The notes below the pieces were generated by a model that was not told where the DNA came from, ran no database searches, and saw only the letters and a list, made by a program, of their open reading frames with translations. A stretch of 64,000 nucleotides of DNA from Bacteroidaceae bacterium (GTDB taxonomy: Bacteria > Actinomycetota > Coriobacteriia > Coriobacteriales > CADBOM01): contig CAVFRF010000063.1 in assembly GCA_963624975.1 (NCBI GenBank), forward strand, positions 2,882 to 66,881, in the 5' to 3' direction. A program made the position numbers and the translations under genes. How positions within the stretch are numbered: position 1 is the first letter of the stretch; each line of letters starts with the position of its first letter. Of the stretch, positions 35,642 to 44,413 are shown in pieces.

Positions 35642-37471
35642 CTACTGCGAGGTGAAGAACCTGAAGACCTTCTTGACCTTGTCGTAGCCCTCCAGCGGGA
35701 ACGGCGTCTTGCGCCAGCCCTTGAGCGACGAGCCGTCGCTGCCCGACGCCACGATGCGGCGCGTTCCGAACTCCTCGAGGCCGCGCATGCCGCCGATCGT
35801 GCCGTTGCCTGCGGTTCCTGTGGCCGAGTGGGCACCCTTGCGGTTGGCGATCTGCATCATGCAGTCGTTTATGCAACCCTGCCCGAACTGCACGTTTAGC
35901 ATCGCGAACTGCTCGGTTTCCTTGTCGGAGCTGAACATGTAGAAAGCGGGCGGCGTGGGCAGCTGGTTGATGCGCTCGAAGGCCTCTTCCGGCCTCTCGA
36001 AAGTGCCGACCACGAGAATAGGTCCCACGATCTGCTTCTTGAACAGCGGGTTGTCGATGGAGTCGCACAGCACCACGGTGGGGGCGATGCGCAGGGTCTT
36101 CGCGTCGTGCTGCCCTCCGTAGATGATCTGCGCCTTGGAGCCTATGCTGCCCAGAAGCTCGCACGCCTGGTCGAACTCCCTGCGCGAGAACATGCGCGGG
36201 TAGCCCTTGGAGTGAATCGGATCCTTGCCGTAGATGCGCTCGATGTAGGCGAAGGTGCGGTTCACGAACGTCTTGTGCACGCTCTCGTTCACGAACGCGA
36301 AGTGCGGCGTGTAGCGGGTCTGCCCCGCATGGAGCATCTTGCTCCACATGATCTTCTCGGCGGCCGACTCCAGGTTGGCGGTCGCGTCCACGAAGCAGGC
36401 GTTGTTGCCGTCTAGCAGCATGGTGGCAGGTGCGCTTGCATCCAAGCTGGCCTCGCGCACCACGCGGGCGTTCTTGCGCGGACCCACGTAGCAGAACTTG
36501 TCGAAATGCGTGGTGAGCAGCACCGCGTCCATGTCGGCCCCGCCGAACACGAACCTCGCGTACTCCGGCTTGAACAGCTCGTCGAGTGCCGCCGCCAGCA
36601 CCTCGTTGCAGCGTTTGGTGCGTCCAGAGTTCTTGAGCACCACGGTGTTGCCCGCGGCCAGCGCCTCGGCCATCAGGATCACGGACATCGCCACCGGGCT
36701 CTCCCACGAATTGATGATGCACACCGTGCCATGCGGCTGCCAGCTCTCGGTATAGGAGACGGGCAGCAGGTCCTTCTCGACGCCCATCTTGCCGGGGTTG
36801 CAGAACTTCTCGATGTTCTTGCGCAGCACCTTGAACTCGGCGTGCACGGGCGCAAGCTCGGTTAGGTACGCCTCGTATCGGGTGATGCCCAGGTCGAGGT
36901 GGATGGCCTCGATGAGCGGGGTCTCGTATTTGTCGATGAGGGAGTGGAGCCTGCCCAGCGCGGTCTTGCGCCAGTCGGGCTTGATGGTCGTGCCGGTCCT
37001 GAAGAACTCGCGCTGCTTGTCGTGAAGCTCCGAGATGGTGCCGGCGGTGCCCGCGATGTTGTTGTCTTCCACGGTGAAGGTGCACCTCGGGCGCTGCGGC
37101 TTTGCGGGCGCGTGCTCGACGATCAGCCCCTCGGCGGCGATATCGTCGTCGGCATCGGGGTCGGCAGCTGTGACGACCTCGGTGTCGGCTTCGGGCTCGG
37201 GTTCGGGAGCGATGTCGGCCACGTCCGCGGGTTCGACTTCCGACTCGGGAGCATCTGCGGATTCGGCCTCGGCTTCCGTTTCGGGAGCAGCTGCTTCGAC
37301 ACTCGCCGTGTCGACAGCCTCGACGGCTTCGGTGGGCTCCGCCGCCACGGTCTCGGCCACCTTCACACGCAACGAGCCTTCGATCCAAACGCTGGGATCC
37401 GCAACCTCGACCGGTTTTGCGGCATCCTTCGTCGAGCTTCGATCGACCTGCTTCTTGCGTACGTTGGCCAT
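35642..37471 (-). CDS. Aldehyde-dehydrogenase-fold protein lacking catalytic residues, with a ~150-aa acidic low-complexity N-terminal extension
   Basis: Colinear with class-3 ALDH but with WNYP->WESP, LELGGKSP->MLLDGNNA, GQTC(V)APDY->GQTRYTPHF, YTGSTxVGK->YVGPRKNAR and EEIFGP->KQIVGP. ATG 37471 is preceded by RBS GGGAGAAAGG. Confidence 0.8.
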   Translation of the reverse strand: MANVRKKQVDRSSTKDAAKPVEVADPSVWIEGSLRVKVAETVAAEPTEAVEAVDTASVEAAAPETEAEAESADAPESEVEPADVADIAPEPEPEADTEVVTAADPDADDDIAAEGLIVEHAPAKPQRPRCTFTVEDNNIAGTAGTISELHDKQREFFRTGTTIKPDWRKTALGRLHSLIDKYETPLIEAIHLDLGITRYEAYLTELAPVHAEFKVLRKNIEKFCNPGKMGVEKDLLPVSYTESWQPHGTVCIINSWESPVAMSVILMAEALAAGNTVVLKNSGRTKRCNEVLAAALDELFKPEYARFVFGGADMDAVLLTTHFDKFCYVGPRKNARVVREASLDASAPATMLLDGNNACFVDATANLESAAEKIMWSKMLHAGQTRYTPHFAFVNESVHKTFVNRTFAYIERIYGKDPIHSKGYPRMFSRREFDQACELLGSIGSKAQIIYGGQHDAKTLRIAPTVVLCDSIDNPLFKKQIVGPILVVGTFERPEEAFERINQLPTPPAFYMFSSDKETEQFAMLNVQFGQGCINDCMMQIANRKGAHSATGTAGNGTIGGMRGLEEFGTRRIVASGSDGSSLKGWRKTPFPLEGYDKVKKVFRFFTSQ

Positions 37472-37722
37472 GATGCGCCTTTCTCCCTGAGGCTCGCCTC
37501 GTTGTTTCCAGCGTGATTTCCACCTTTGAAGTTTAGCTTTCGAAACGTTAAAACTCCAAAACGCAAACTGCGGAAGTCATTGCAGATACAATTGAGCGAA
37601 GCATACACGATGCAATGTGCTGCGGCGTAGTGGCAAAGACTCGCGCTGGGCTGGGCGCGATCGCAAGGGTTGGCAATGGCGCGGATCTGCGAGGCTTGCC
37701 GGCAGCAGCGCAAAACTAACTT

Positions 37723-39051
37723 GTGGAGAGGCGGCTGAAGGTACATATGTATATGTGCGGAGATGAAAAGACTGGCGGTGGGTCGTTGGAGTCGAGCGAT
37801 GTGCAACCTGACGATGCGCAGCTCGACATTCCGAGGCTGGTTCTGGCTTCGCAATCGCCCCGCAGGCGCGAGCTTCTGGCGCGCGCCGGAGCGAGTTTTT
37901 GCTGCCTGGTGCCCAACGTCGACGAGGACGTCGACTCCGCGGTGGATGCAGAACATGCCGCGGTCGAGGTAGCCTCGCGCAAGGCCCATGCGGCTGCGAA
38001 CATGCTCTCGGGCAACCTGGGCCCTTGCGCGGTGGTGGCATGCGACACCATGGTGGTTGTCGGAGGCATCGCTGACGGCACCGAGGAACAGATCTTGGGC
38101 AAGCCGGCGGATGCCGACGACGCGCGCAGGATGTTGAGGATGCTCTCGGGCACGGCCCATCGGGTGGTGAGCGGCGTGTGCATCTTGAGCGGGGTGGTAG
38201 ATGGCTCTGACCTCAATGAGGTGAGTTTCGCCGAGACCACGCGCGTGACGTTCAAGCAGCTCGACGACGAGCAGATCGACACATATATAAGCACGGGCGA
38301 GCCCTTCGACAAGGCGGGCGCATATGGCATCCAGGGTGCAGCCGGCGCTTTCGTCGAGAATGTCGACGGCGACTACGACAACGTGGTGGGTCTGCCGCTC
38401 TCGCGAACGCTGGAGGCGCTGAGCAAGATGCAGGCTTCGGCAGCGAGCATCGTGCCGGCACTATCGGAGAAGGCAGCGGTGCGCAGCCAGATGAAGGCCA
38501 TCAGACAGTCAATCTCGCCGGCCGACAGGGCTGCTGCCTCCGAACAGGCATGCCGGCATATCATGGAGACCTCCGAGTTCCAAAACGCCAAGGTAGTTGC
38601 GGCATTCTGTGCATTTGGCAGCGAGCTTTGCTTCGACTACATGGCCACGCATCTGCCGCTAGGCAAGGTTTTCGCTGTGCCCATCACCATGCCCGACCAC
38701 AGGATGGAGTTCGTGGCCATCGATCCCCTGCAAATTCTGCCAGGCAACAGGACGCTCCCGTTCTTGGCCGACCCTGCCGGCATAGCGAGCATTCCAAGCG
38801 ATTCCGAGGTGCTCGAAGCCTCGCAGGTCGACCTCATGCTGGTGCCTGGACTCGCCTTCGACGAGCGCGGTTTTCGCATCGGATATGGCGGCGGCTACTA
38901 CGACGTGTACATGAACCGCGAGGGCTTCCACGCGACGTGCTTCGGAACGTTCTTCGAGCAGCAGCACTACTTTGGCTGCCTGCCTCGCGATCCGCACGAC
39001 ATGTCGCTTCACGCAGTGGCCACGCAGCAGGGCATCCGCAGGTTCGCGTAA
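37723..39051 (+). CDS. Fusion protein: Maf nucleoside-triphosphate pyrophosphatase (N-terminal) plus 5-formyltetrahydrofolate cyclo-ligase (C-terminal)
   Basis: N-terminal half: LVLASQSPRRRELL...GKP...AGAYGIQG...VVGLPL (Maf). C-terminal half: KAAVRSQMKAIRQ...VAAFCAFGSE...DLMLVPGLAFDERGFRIGYGGGYYD (MTHFS). One continuous frame. The exact start (GTG 37723 or downstream ATGs) is uncertain. Confidence 0.8.
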   Translation: MERRLKVHMYMCGDEKTGGGSLESSDVQPDDAQLDIPRLVLASQSPRRRELLARAGASFCCLVPNVDEDVDSAVDAEHAAVEVASRKAHAAANMLSGNLGPCAVVACDTMVVVGGIADGTEEQILGKPADADDARRMLRMLSGTAHRVVSGVCILSGVVDGSDLNEVSFAETTRVTFKQLDDEQIDTYISTGEPFDKAGAYGIQGAAGAFVENVDGDYDNVVGLPLSRTLEALSKMQASAASIVPALSEKAAVRSQMKAIRQSISPADRAAASEQACRHIMETSEFQNAKVVAAFCAFGSELCFDYMATHLPLGKVFAVPITMPDHRMEFVAIDPLQILPGNRTLPFLADPAGIASIPSDSEVLEASQVDLMLVPGLAFDERGFRIGYGGGYYDVYMNREGFHATCFGTFFEQQHYFGCLPRDPHDMSLHAVATQQGIRRFA

Positions 39052-39063
39052 GACGGGCACAGG

Positions 39064-40233
39064 GTGGACAGCTTGGTCGACACGCTCAAGATAATCAAGT
39101 CGATAGTGGGGGAGAAGTACTTCTCCGACGACATCGCGTTTGCCAGAGCGCTATGCAGCGGCGTGAGGCACAAGCGAATCGAGTGCTCGCGCTGCGCGGC
39201 GGTTTGCCCCGTGGGTGCCATCGAGGTGGGGCGCAGCAACGTCGAAATCGACAGCTCGAAGTGCATGCATTGCGGAGCCTGCATTGCGGCATGTCCCACG
39301 CAGGCGCTCTCGTCGACGTGGCTGGAGTGGAAGACCCTGGTGCGAGATAGTTTGAAGTCGCTTGAGCGGACCGGAGGTCATCCTGCGGTGGCGTGCGAGA
39401 AGGCGCTGGCTGCTGCCGGCTTGGGCAAGGGCGCGTTCGGGCGCGGCGAGATCGTGTCGCTGCCATGCTTGCAGAGGGTTGACGAGGCACTGCTCATGAC
39501 GCTTGCCGCCTCGGGAGCGCGCAGTATTCACATGGTGAGCGGAGATTGCGCCACCTGCGAAGTGGTCGGTTGCGGTTGCGCGAGCTTGCAATGGCTGCAG
39601 GCAGTAAAGCATGCACGCGAGATGCTGGAGGCTGTGGGATCCGAGGTGCGTATCGAGGTGCTCGACTATTCGAGCGAGAGCACCGCCCCCGCCGCGGCGA
39701 GCGACGGTGCCGCTGACTCGCTCACTCGAAGGGAGCTCTTTTCGGGGCTGCGCGACGAAGCCGGCAATGCGGCATCGGTTGCGCTCGAGCAGACGATGGC
39801 CGACTCCAAGTACTCCGCTATCGCGCAGGTTCTGGGCTTCGACTTTGCCGGCGGAAACTCGAAGCTCGATGCATCGCGAAGCCGCATCTGCCAATGGGCG
39901 ATGGTGGCCCTGGCCATCTCGGCGTATGGCTCGCCCGAACAGGCGTTGCAGGCTATCGGCGACAAGCGCATCGACACGAGGGTCTTCGCCAGCATCGCTA
40001 TCGACTTGCAGAAATGTACCCACTGCATGCTTTGCGAGGCCTATTGCCGGTCACATGCCATCGAGAAGATCATGGACGACCGCAAGGTCGCGGGCCTCGT
40101 CCTGCATCCGGATCGCTGCGTGCAGTGCGGCGTGTGCGCCAGCATGTGCAGGGACAGCGCAATCGCCATAGAACCCAGCGTGCGCGTCGCCGACATTCTG
40201 TGCGAGCGTGCAACCACGGTCGATTTCGCCTAA
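39064..40233 (+). CDS. Poly-ferredoxin-like protein with two 2x[4Fe-4S] modules and a Cys-rich middle domain
   Basis: CSRCAAVCP / CMHCGACIAACP near the N-terminus and CTHCMLCEAYC / CVQCGVCASMC near the C-terminus are CxxCxxCxxxC(P) motifs. The middle segment contains CATCEVVGCGC. Confidence 0.75.
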   Translation: MDSLVDTLKIIKSIVGEKYFSDDIAFARALCSGVRHKRIECSRCAAVCPVGAIEVGRSNVEIDSSKCMHCGACIAACPTQALSSTWLEWKTLVRDSLKSLERTGGHPAVACEKALAAAGLGKGAFGRGEIVSLPCLQRVDEALLMTLAASGARSIHMVSGDCATCEVVGCGCASLQWLQAVKHAREMLEAVGSEVRIEVLDYSSESTAPAAASDGAADSLTRRELFSGLRDEAGNAASVALEQTMADSKYSAIAQVLGFDFAGGNSKLDASRSRICQWAMVALAISAYGSPEQALQAIGDKRIDTRVFASIAIDLQKCTHCMLCEAYCRSHAIEKIMDDRKVAGLVLHPDRCVQCGVCASMCRDSAIAIEPSVRVADILCERATTVDFA

Positions 40234-40530
40234 GCCGGCGATGCCGACACGGGGGTCGTCGCGGGGGTCTCTGCTGGAAGACTCGGCATCGTCAAGCAGC
40301 ACCTGGCGGCTTGTTCGGGCAACCATCGAGTGCCTTTCCCCAGCTAGTGCGCGTTTGCAACGATTTGGAAACATCGCTATGCAATAACATTAATAGCCAC
40401 GCAAAGCGCACGCGCGCGCCGCATCAGGCTCGGCAGCGCATCCATGGCGCACCAATTCGCAGGCATCGCATCGGACGGCAAAGCACGCATCCTTCAAGCC
40501 GCACTTCGATCTGAATAGAAAGGCACGCAC

Positions 40531-41856
40531 ATGAACGAGAGAGAAGCCCAGGCCTTTACCGACCATTTCGTCGAGCACAATTCCATCGACCCCTCCTACT
40601 ACGACAGGTACGACGTGAAGCGCGGCTTGCGCAACTCCGACGGCACGGGCGTGCTGGCGGGCATCACCAACATCAGCAACGTTCATGGCTACGTGGTGGA
40701 CGAGGGCGACAAGAAGCCCATCGAGGGCAAGCTCACCTTCCGCGGATACGACATCAACGACCTGGTCAACCGATATGTGGATAGCGGGCGGTTCGGCTTC
40801 GAGGAAATCTGCTACCTGCTCATGATGGGCGACCTGCCCACCCCGGAGCAGTCCGACAAGCTCAAGGCCCAGATCGAGACCAGCCGCGAACTGCCCAACG
40901 GCTTTACCGCCGAGCACATCATGAACACGCCGAGCACCAACATCATGAACCAGCTGCAGCGTTGCGTCGCGATCCTGTACGCCTACGACCCCGACAACCC
41001 CGACGACATCACGCCGCAGCACGAGTTTGCGGTGGCGTTGTCGCTGCTATCGCGCCTGCCGCGCATCGCGGTGCTGGGCTACTACGCCAAGCGCTCCTTC
41101 CACTATGGCGAGTCGATGATCATGCACCGCCATCTGCCGGGGCAATCCACGGCCGAGACGTTCCTGTCGATGCTGCGTCCCAACAGGGAGTTCACCCACG
41201 ACGAGGCCGCGATGCTCGACATCATGATGATGATCCACGCCGAGCACGGCGGCGGCAACAACTCCACGTTCACCTGCCGTTCGCTCACCTCCGCCGGCAC
41301 CGACGCCTACTCGGCCTACGCCGGGGCCATCGGCGCGCTCAAGGGCTTCCGCCACGGCGGTGCCAACATCAAGGTCGTGCAGATGTTCGACGACATCAAG
41401 GAGCACGTGCGCAACTGGGAAGACGACGGGCAGGTGGCCGACTACTTGCGCAAGATCCTGGCTGGCGAGGCGTTCGACGGCGCCGGCCTGGTGTACGGCA
41501 TGGGCCACGCGGTGTACACGCTGTCGGATCCGCGTGCCGAGATTTGCAGGAGCCAGGCGCACAGGCTGCTGCACGGCACCGAGGGCGAGGCAGGCCTGGC
41601 CCTCATGGAGAAGGTCGCCGAGCTAACTCCCGAGCTTATGGCCGAGAAGGGCGTGAACAAGGTCGTGTGCCCCAACGTCGACATGTTCAGCGGCATGGTG
41701 TACCGCGCGCTTGGAATCCCGGACGACCTGTTCACCCCGCTGTTCGCCTGCTCGCGCATGGCGGGCTGGGCGGCCCACCGCTTCGAGGAGATGGTCTCGG
41801 GCAAGCGCATCATGCGTCCGGCCTACAAGTCGATTTCAACGGAGACCCGCTGTTAG
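40531..41856 (+). CDS. gltA: Citrate synthase
   Basis: HAEHGGGNNSTF and GMGHAVYTLSDPRAE are the catalytic His motifs of the citrate synthase family. 441 aa. Confidence 0.9.
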   Translation: MNEREAQAFTDHFVEHNSIDPSYYDRYDVKRGLRNSDGTGVLAGITNISNVHGYVVDEGDKKPIEGKLTFRGYDINDLVNRYVDSGRFGFEEICYLLMMGDLPTPEQSDKLKAQIETSRELPNGFTAEHIMNTPSTNIMNQLQRCVAILYAYDPDNPDDITPQHEFAVALSLLSRLPRIAVLGYYAKRSFHYGESMIMHRHLPGQSTAETFLSMLRPNREFTHDEAAMLDIMMMIHAEHGGGNNSTFTCRSLTSAGTDAYSAYAGAIGALKGFRHGGANIKVVQMFDDIKEHVRNWEDDGQVADYLRKILAGEAFDGAGLVYGMGHAVYTLSDPRAEICRSQAHRLLHGTEGEAGLALMEKVAELTPELMAEKGVNKVVCPNVDMFSGMVYRALGIPDDLFTPLFACSRMAGWAAHRFEEMVSGKRIMRPAYKSISTETRC

Positions 41857-42043
41857 GGGAACCGCGCCGCTGCCCGTGCCGCTGGCGACCAACTAAATTG
41901 TGGGTTTCGTGAACAAGAGCGGGCTTCGCGCTATTGCGTGCATATGAGTGCAATAATAAACACCTATTTGGGTCGTGGCGAAGCCCTGTGGGGGCATCGC
42001 ACGCGAAGATGGGCGTTCTGGCAATGGGCGGCGAAGGGAAACG

Positions 42044-42445
42044 ATGTTCCTCGTTCTTGGAAAACTGTTCTTGTTCCTCGTTGTGATGGGCATCATCGCC
42101 ATCGTCGTCATAATCTCCTGGCTTTTTGCCGGCGCTTCGAGGCTCGGAAGGCGCATGCGCGGCAACTCGCAAGACGGATCGTCGGGCACCGGCTACTCCA
42201 CGAGCCAGTCGTCCCAGCGCTACTATTCGTCGCAAAGCTCCGCAAAAGATAAGTATTCGCAGCGCTACGACGGCCCAACCGCCAAGCGCACCTACACCAG
42301 CGGCAGATCCAAGACCTCAAGCTCGTCGTCCACATCCGCCGGCACCGCTGCCGGCAGCTCCGCGTCTTCAAGCTCCAGCTCCCGCGATGTCGTGGAGGTT
42401 CCCTTGCTAGAGGTCACCGACGTTCCCGAAAACGAGTCGCGCTAG
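42044..42445 (+). CDS. Small N-terminally anchored Ser-rich protein (hypothetical)
   Basis: MFLVLGKLFLFLVVMGIIAIVVIISWLF is a TM anchor, followed by S/Q/Y/T/G-rich low complexity. RBS GAAGGGAA. No family recognised. Confidence 0.45.
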   Translation: MFLVLGKLFLFLVVMGIIAIVVIISWLFAGASRLGRRMRGNSQDGSSGTGYSTSQSSQRYYSSQSSAKDKYSQRYDGPTAKRTYTSGRSKTSSSSSTSAGTAAGSSASSSSSSRDVVEVPLLEVTDVPENESR

Positions 42446-42523
42446 CATCGCCTTTGTTTCCATGATTACCGCAGCACATAGCGCGGAATTTTAAAATCCC
42501 CTAAATTTAATTCAATCAAAGTA

Positions 42524-42551
42524 TTGACAAGCCATCTCTAATGGCTATATT
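42524..42551 (+). promoter_or_regulatory. Sigma-70-like promoter (TTGACA-N16-TATATT) at the head of an AT-rich ~280-nt leader
   Basis: TTGACA at 42524-42529 and TATATT at 42546-42551, read directly. The next credible start codon is the GTG at 42827. Confidence 0.35.
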
Positions 42552-42826
42552 GAGCTATGTAAGTAATCTAGATGACAAAGCAACAACGAATAATCGAGAG
42601 CATCGACTTGGCAAATATGCTAAAGCTCTTGGCGTTCGGGTTGCCAAAATCACTGGGTTAGGTGCATTTTTACAATATTTGTGCTTTAGCCATCATGAGG
42701 GCATCCTAGGGGGATTGCTCGAAAGGGAAACAGGCCTCTTTTGTATGATCTATGAAAGCGGCTTTTCTTTTGGGAGCAGGTAATCATGATGACTAGGAAG
42801 GCAAACTTCAAAAGGAGGGTCAAGCA

Positions 42827-44260
42827 GTGAGAAACGAAAGAGAAATCAAGCGCGACGAGGAAATCGTAGAGAAGATTCACCAGAATTCTCTCAGGCTGCT
42901 CGAGGAGGTGGGTCTGCACTTCGACGACCAGAGCGCACTCGATTTCATGGCCAGCAAGGGCATCAAGGTCGAGGGCAGCCGCGCCTTCTTCACCGAGAAG
43001 CAGATCATGGACGCGCTTGACGTGACCACCAAGGACTTCACCATCCACGCCCGCAACCCCAAGTACGACGTGAAGATGAACATGGAGGACCTCTACATGA
43101 CCCCGGGCTACGGCAGCCCGTTCATCGTGGAGGCCGACGGCACCGTGCGCAACGGCAAGCTCGACGACTTCATCAAGCTGGCCGACATCGTGCAGGCATC
43201 CGACGAGTTCTGCATCAACGGCGGCATCCTCGTGCAGCCCGACGACATCGACGCAGCCATTTCGGCCGAGATCATGGCATACGCCACGCTGTGCCGTTCC
43301 GACAAGACCTTCTTCTCCATCTGCGGCGACGGCCAGGTTGCCGACAATATCTTCGAGATGGTCGAGATCGTGTTCGGTCGCGACATCACCGACTTCCCCT
43401 GCACCATCAACCTCATCTCGCCGATCGCCCCGCTTGGCGTGCCGCAGAACGCTAGCGAGACCGTGAGGGAGAGCGCTCTCAAGGGCCAGCCGCTGGCAAT
43501 CGGCCCCGCTCCCATGGCCGGCACCACCGGACCTATCTCGCTGGCAGGCAATATCTCGGTGGCCAACGCCGAGGTTCTGGGACTCAACGTGTACGCACAG
43601 CTCGTGCGTCCGCACACCCCGCTCATCTACACCTATGCCGGAACCGTGTCCGACATGTCGAGCATGGCAGTGTCCAACTGCTGCCCCGGCTTCAACATGG
43701 AGGCCCGCTACGGCTCCTACATGGCCAAGAAGTACGGCCTGCCCTGCCGCAGCGGCGGCGGAATGTCCGACGCGGCGGGCTTCAACGCGCAGGCCGGCGT
43801 GGAGAGCGGCATCAACTTCTTCGAGGCGTTCTCGGAGAAGGCCAACCTCATGATGCATGCAACCGGCTCGCTGCAGTCGTTCCTCTACGTGAGCTACGAG
43901 AAGTTCATCATGGACATCGAGACCTTCACCCGCATGAAGTACTACTTCTCCGACATGCCCTGCGACGAGGACGCCCTCGCCTTCGACGTGATTCAGGAGG
44001 TCATCGAGGACGGAGAGTCGTTCCTCACCACCGACCACACCGCCGAGCGTTGCAGGATCGACCCGTGGACTCCGCAGGTTTCGCTTCACAAGAACGCGGC
44101 CGGCAACCCCGTCGACGAGCTGAACGACTCGATCCACGCCAGGATCGACTACCTGCTCGAGAACAACGTGGTGCCCGAGCTTGACCCCGACACCCGCGCC
44201 AAGCTCGATGCCGTGATCAAGCGCATCGGTATGAAGGAAGAGGACATGGCCAGGATCTAG
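42827..44260 (+). CDS. MttB-superfamily methyltransferase, non-pyrrolysine type (quaternary-amine:corrinoid methyltransferase candidate)
   Basis: EEIVEKIHQNSLRLLEEVGLHFDDQSALDFMASKGIKVEGSRAFF...FTIHARNPKYDV matches the Pfam MTTB N-terminal pattern. 477 aa with no in-frame TAG. GTG start preceded by AAAAGGAGGG. Confidence 0.85.
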   Translation: MRNEREIKRDEEIVEKIHQNSLRLLEEVGLHFDDQSALDFMASKGIKVEGSRAFFTEKQIMDALDVTTKDFTIHARNPKYDVKMNMEDLYMTPGYGSPFIVEADGTVRNGKLDDFIKLADIVQASDEFCINGGILVQPDDIDAAISAEIMAYATLCRSDKTFFSICGDGQVADNIFEMVEIVFGRDITDFPCTINLISPIAPLGVPQNASETVRESALKGQPLAIGPAPMAGTTGPISLAGNISVANAEVLGLNVYAQLVRPHTPLIYTYAGTVSDMSSMAVSNCCPGFNMEARYGSYMAKKYGLPCRSGGGMSDAAGFNAQAGVESGINFFEAFSEKANLMMHATGSLQSFLYVSYEKFIMDIETFTRMKYYFSDMPCDEDALAFDVIQEVIEDGESFLTTDHTAERCRIDPWTPQVSLHKNAAGNPVDELNDSIHARIDYLLENNVVPELDPDTRAKLDAVIKRIGMKEEDMARI

Positions 44261-44413
44261 GCCCGCATGTCCGCTACGAAATAGCAAAAGGCGCCGCCGG
44301 AGGCGCGCGGAACGGGACTCGGAGGGTGACCGCCCGCGCGCCCGGGGCGCAAGGAGGGAGGTCCCGCGCTTCCGATGGGGAGCCGGGACGTTAAACACAG
44401 AAAGGCAGTTCGA

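Noticed and set aside
42530-42826. Cobalamin or other known riboswitch in the AT-rich leader of the MttB gene (B12 would make biological sense).
   Set aside because: I could not find the B12-box or the conserved GGTGC/GCCACTG-type core in a convincing arrangement. I also found no T-box specifier/AGAGA/T-box triad. Only a covariance-model scan can decide. The 80-aa ORF at 42541-42783 has atypical composition and no RBS, and was also rejected as a gene.
42827-44260. Pyrrolysine (in-frame UAG) in the MttB-family gene.
   Set aside because: The frame is uninterrupted for 477 codons with no internal TAG, and no pyl genes are in the window. It belongs to the non-Pyl branch.
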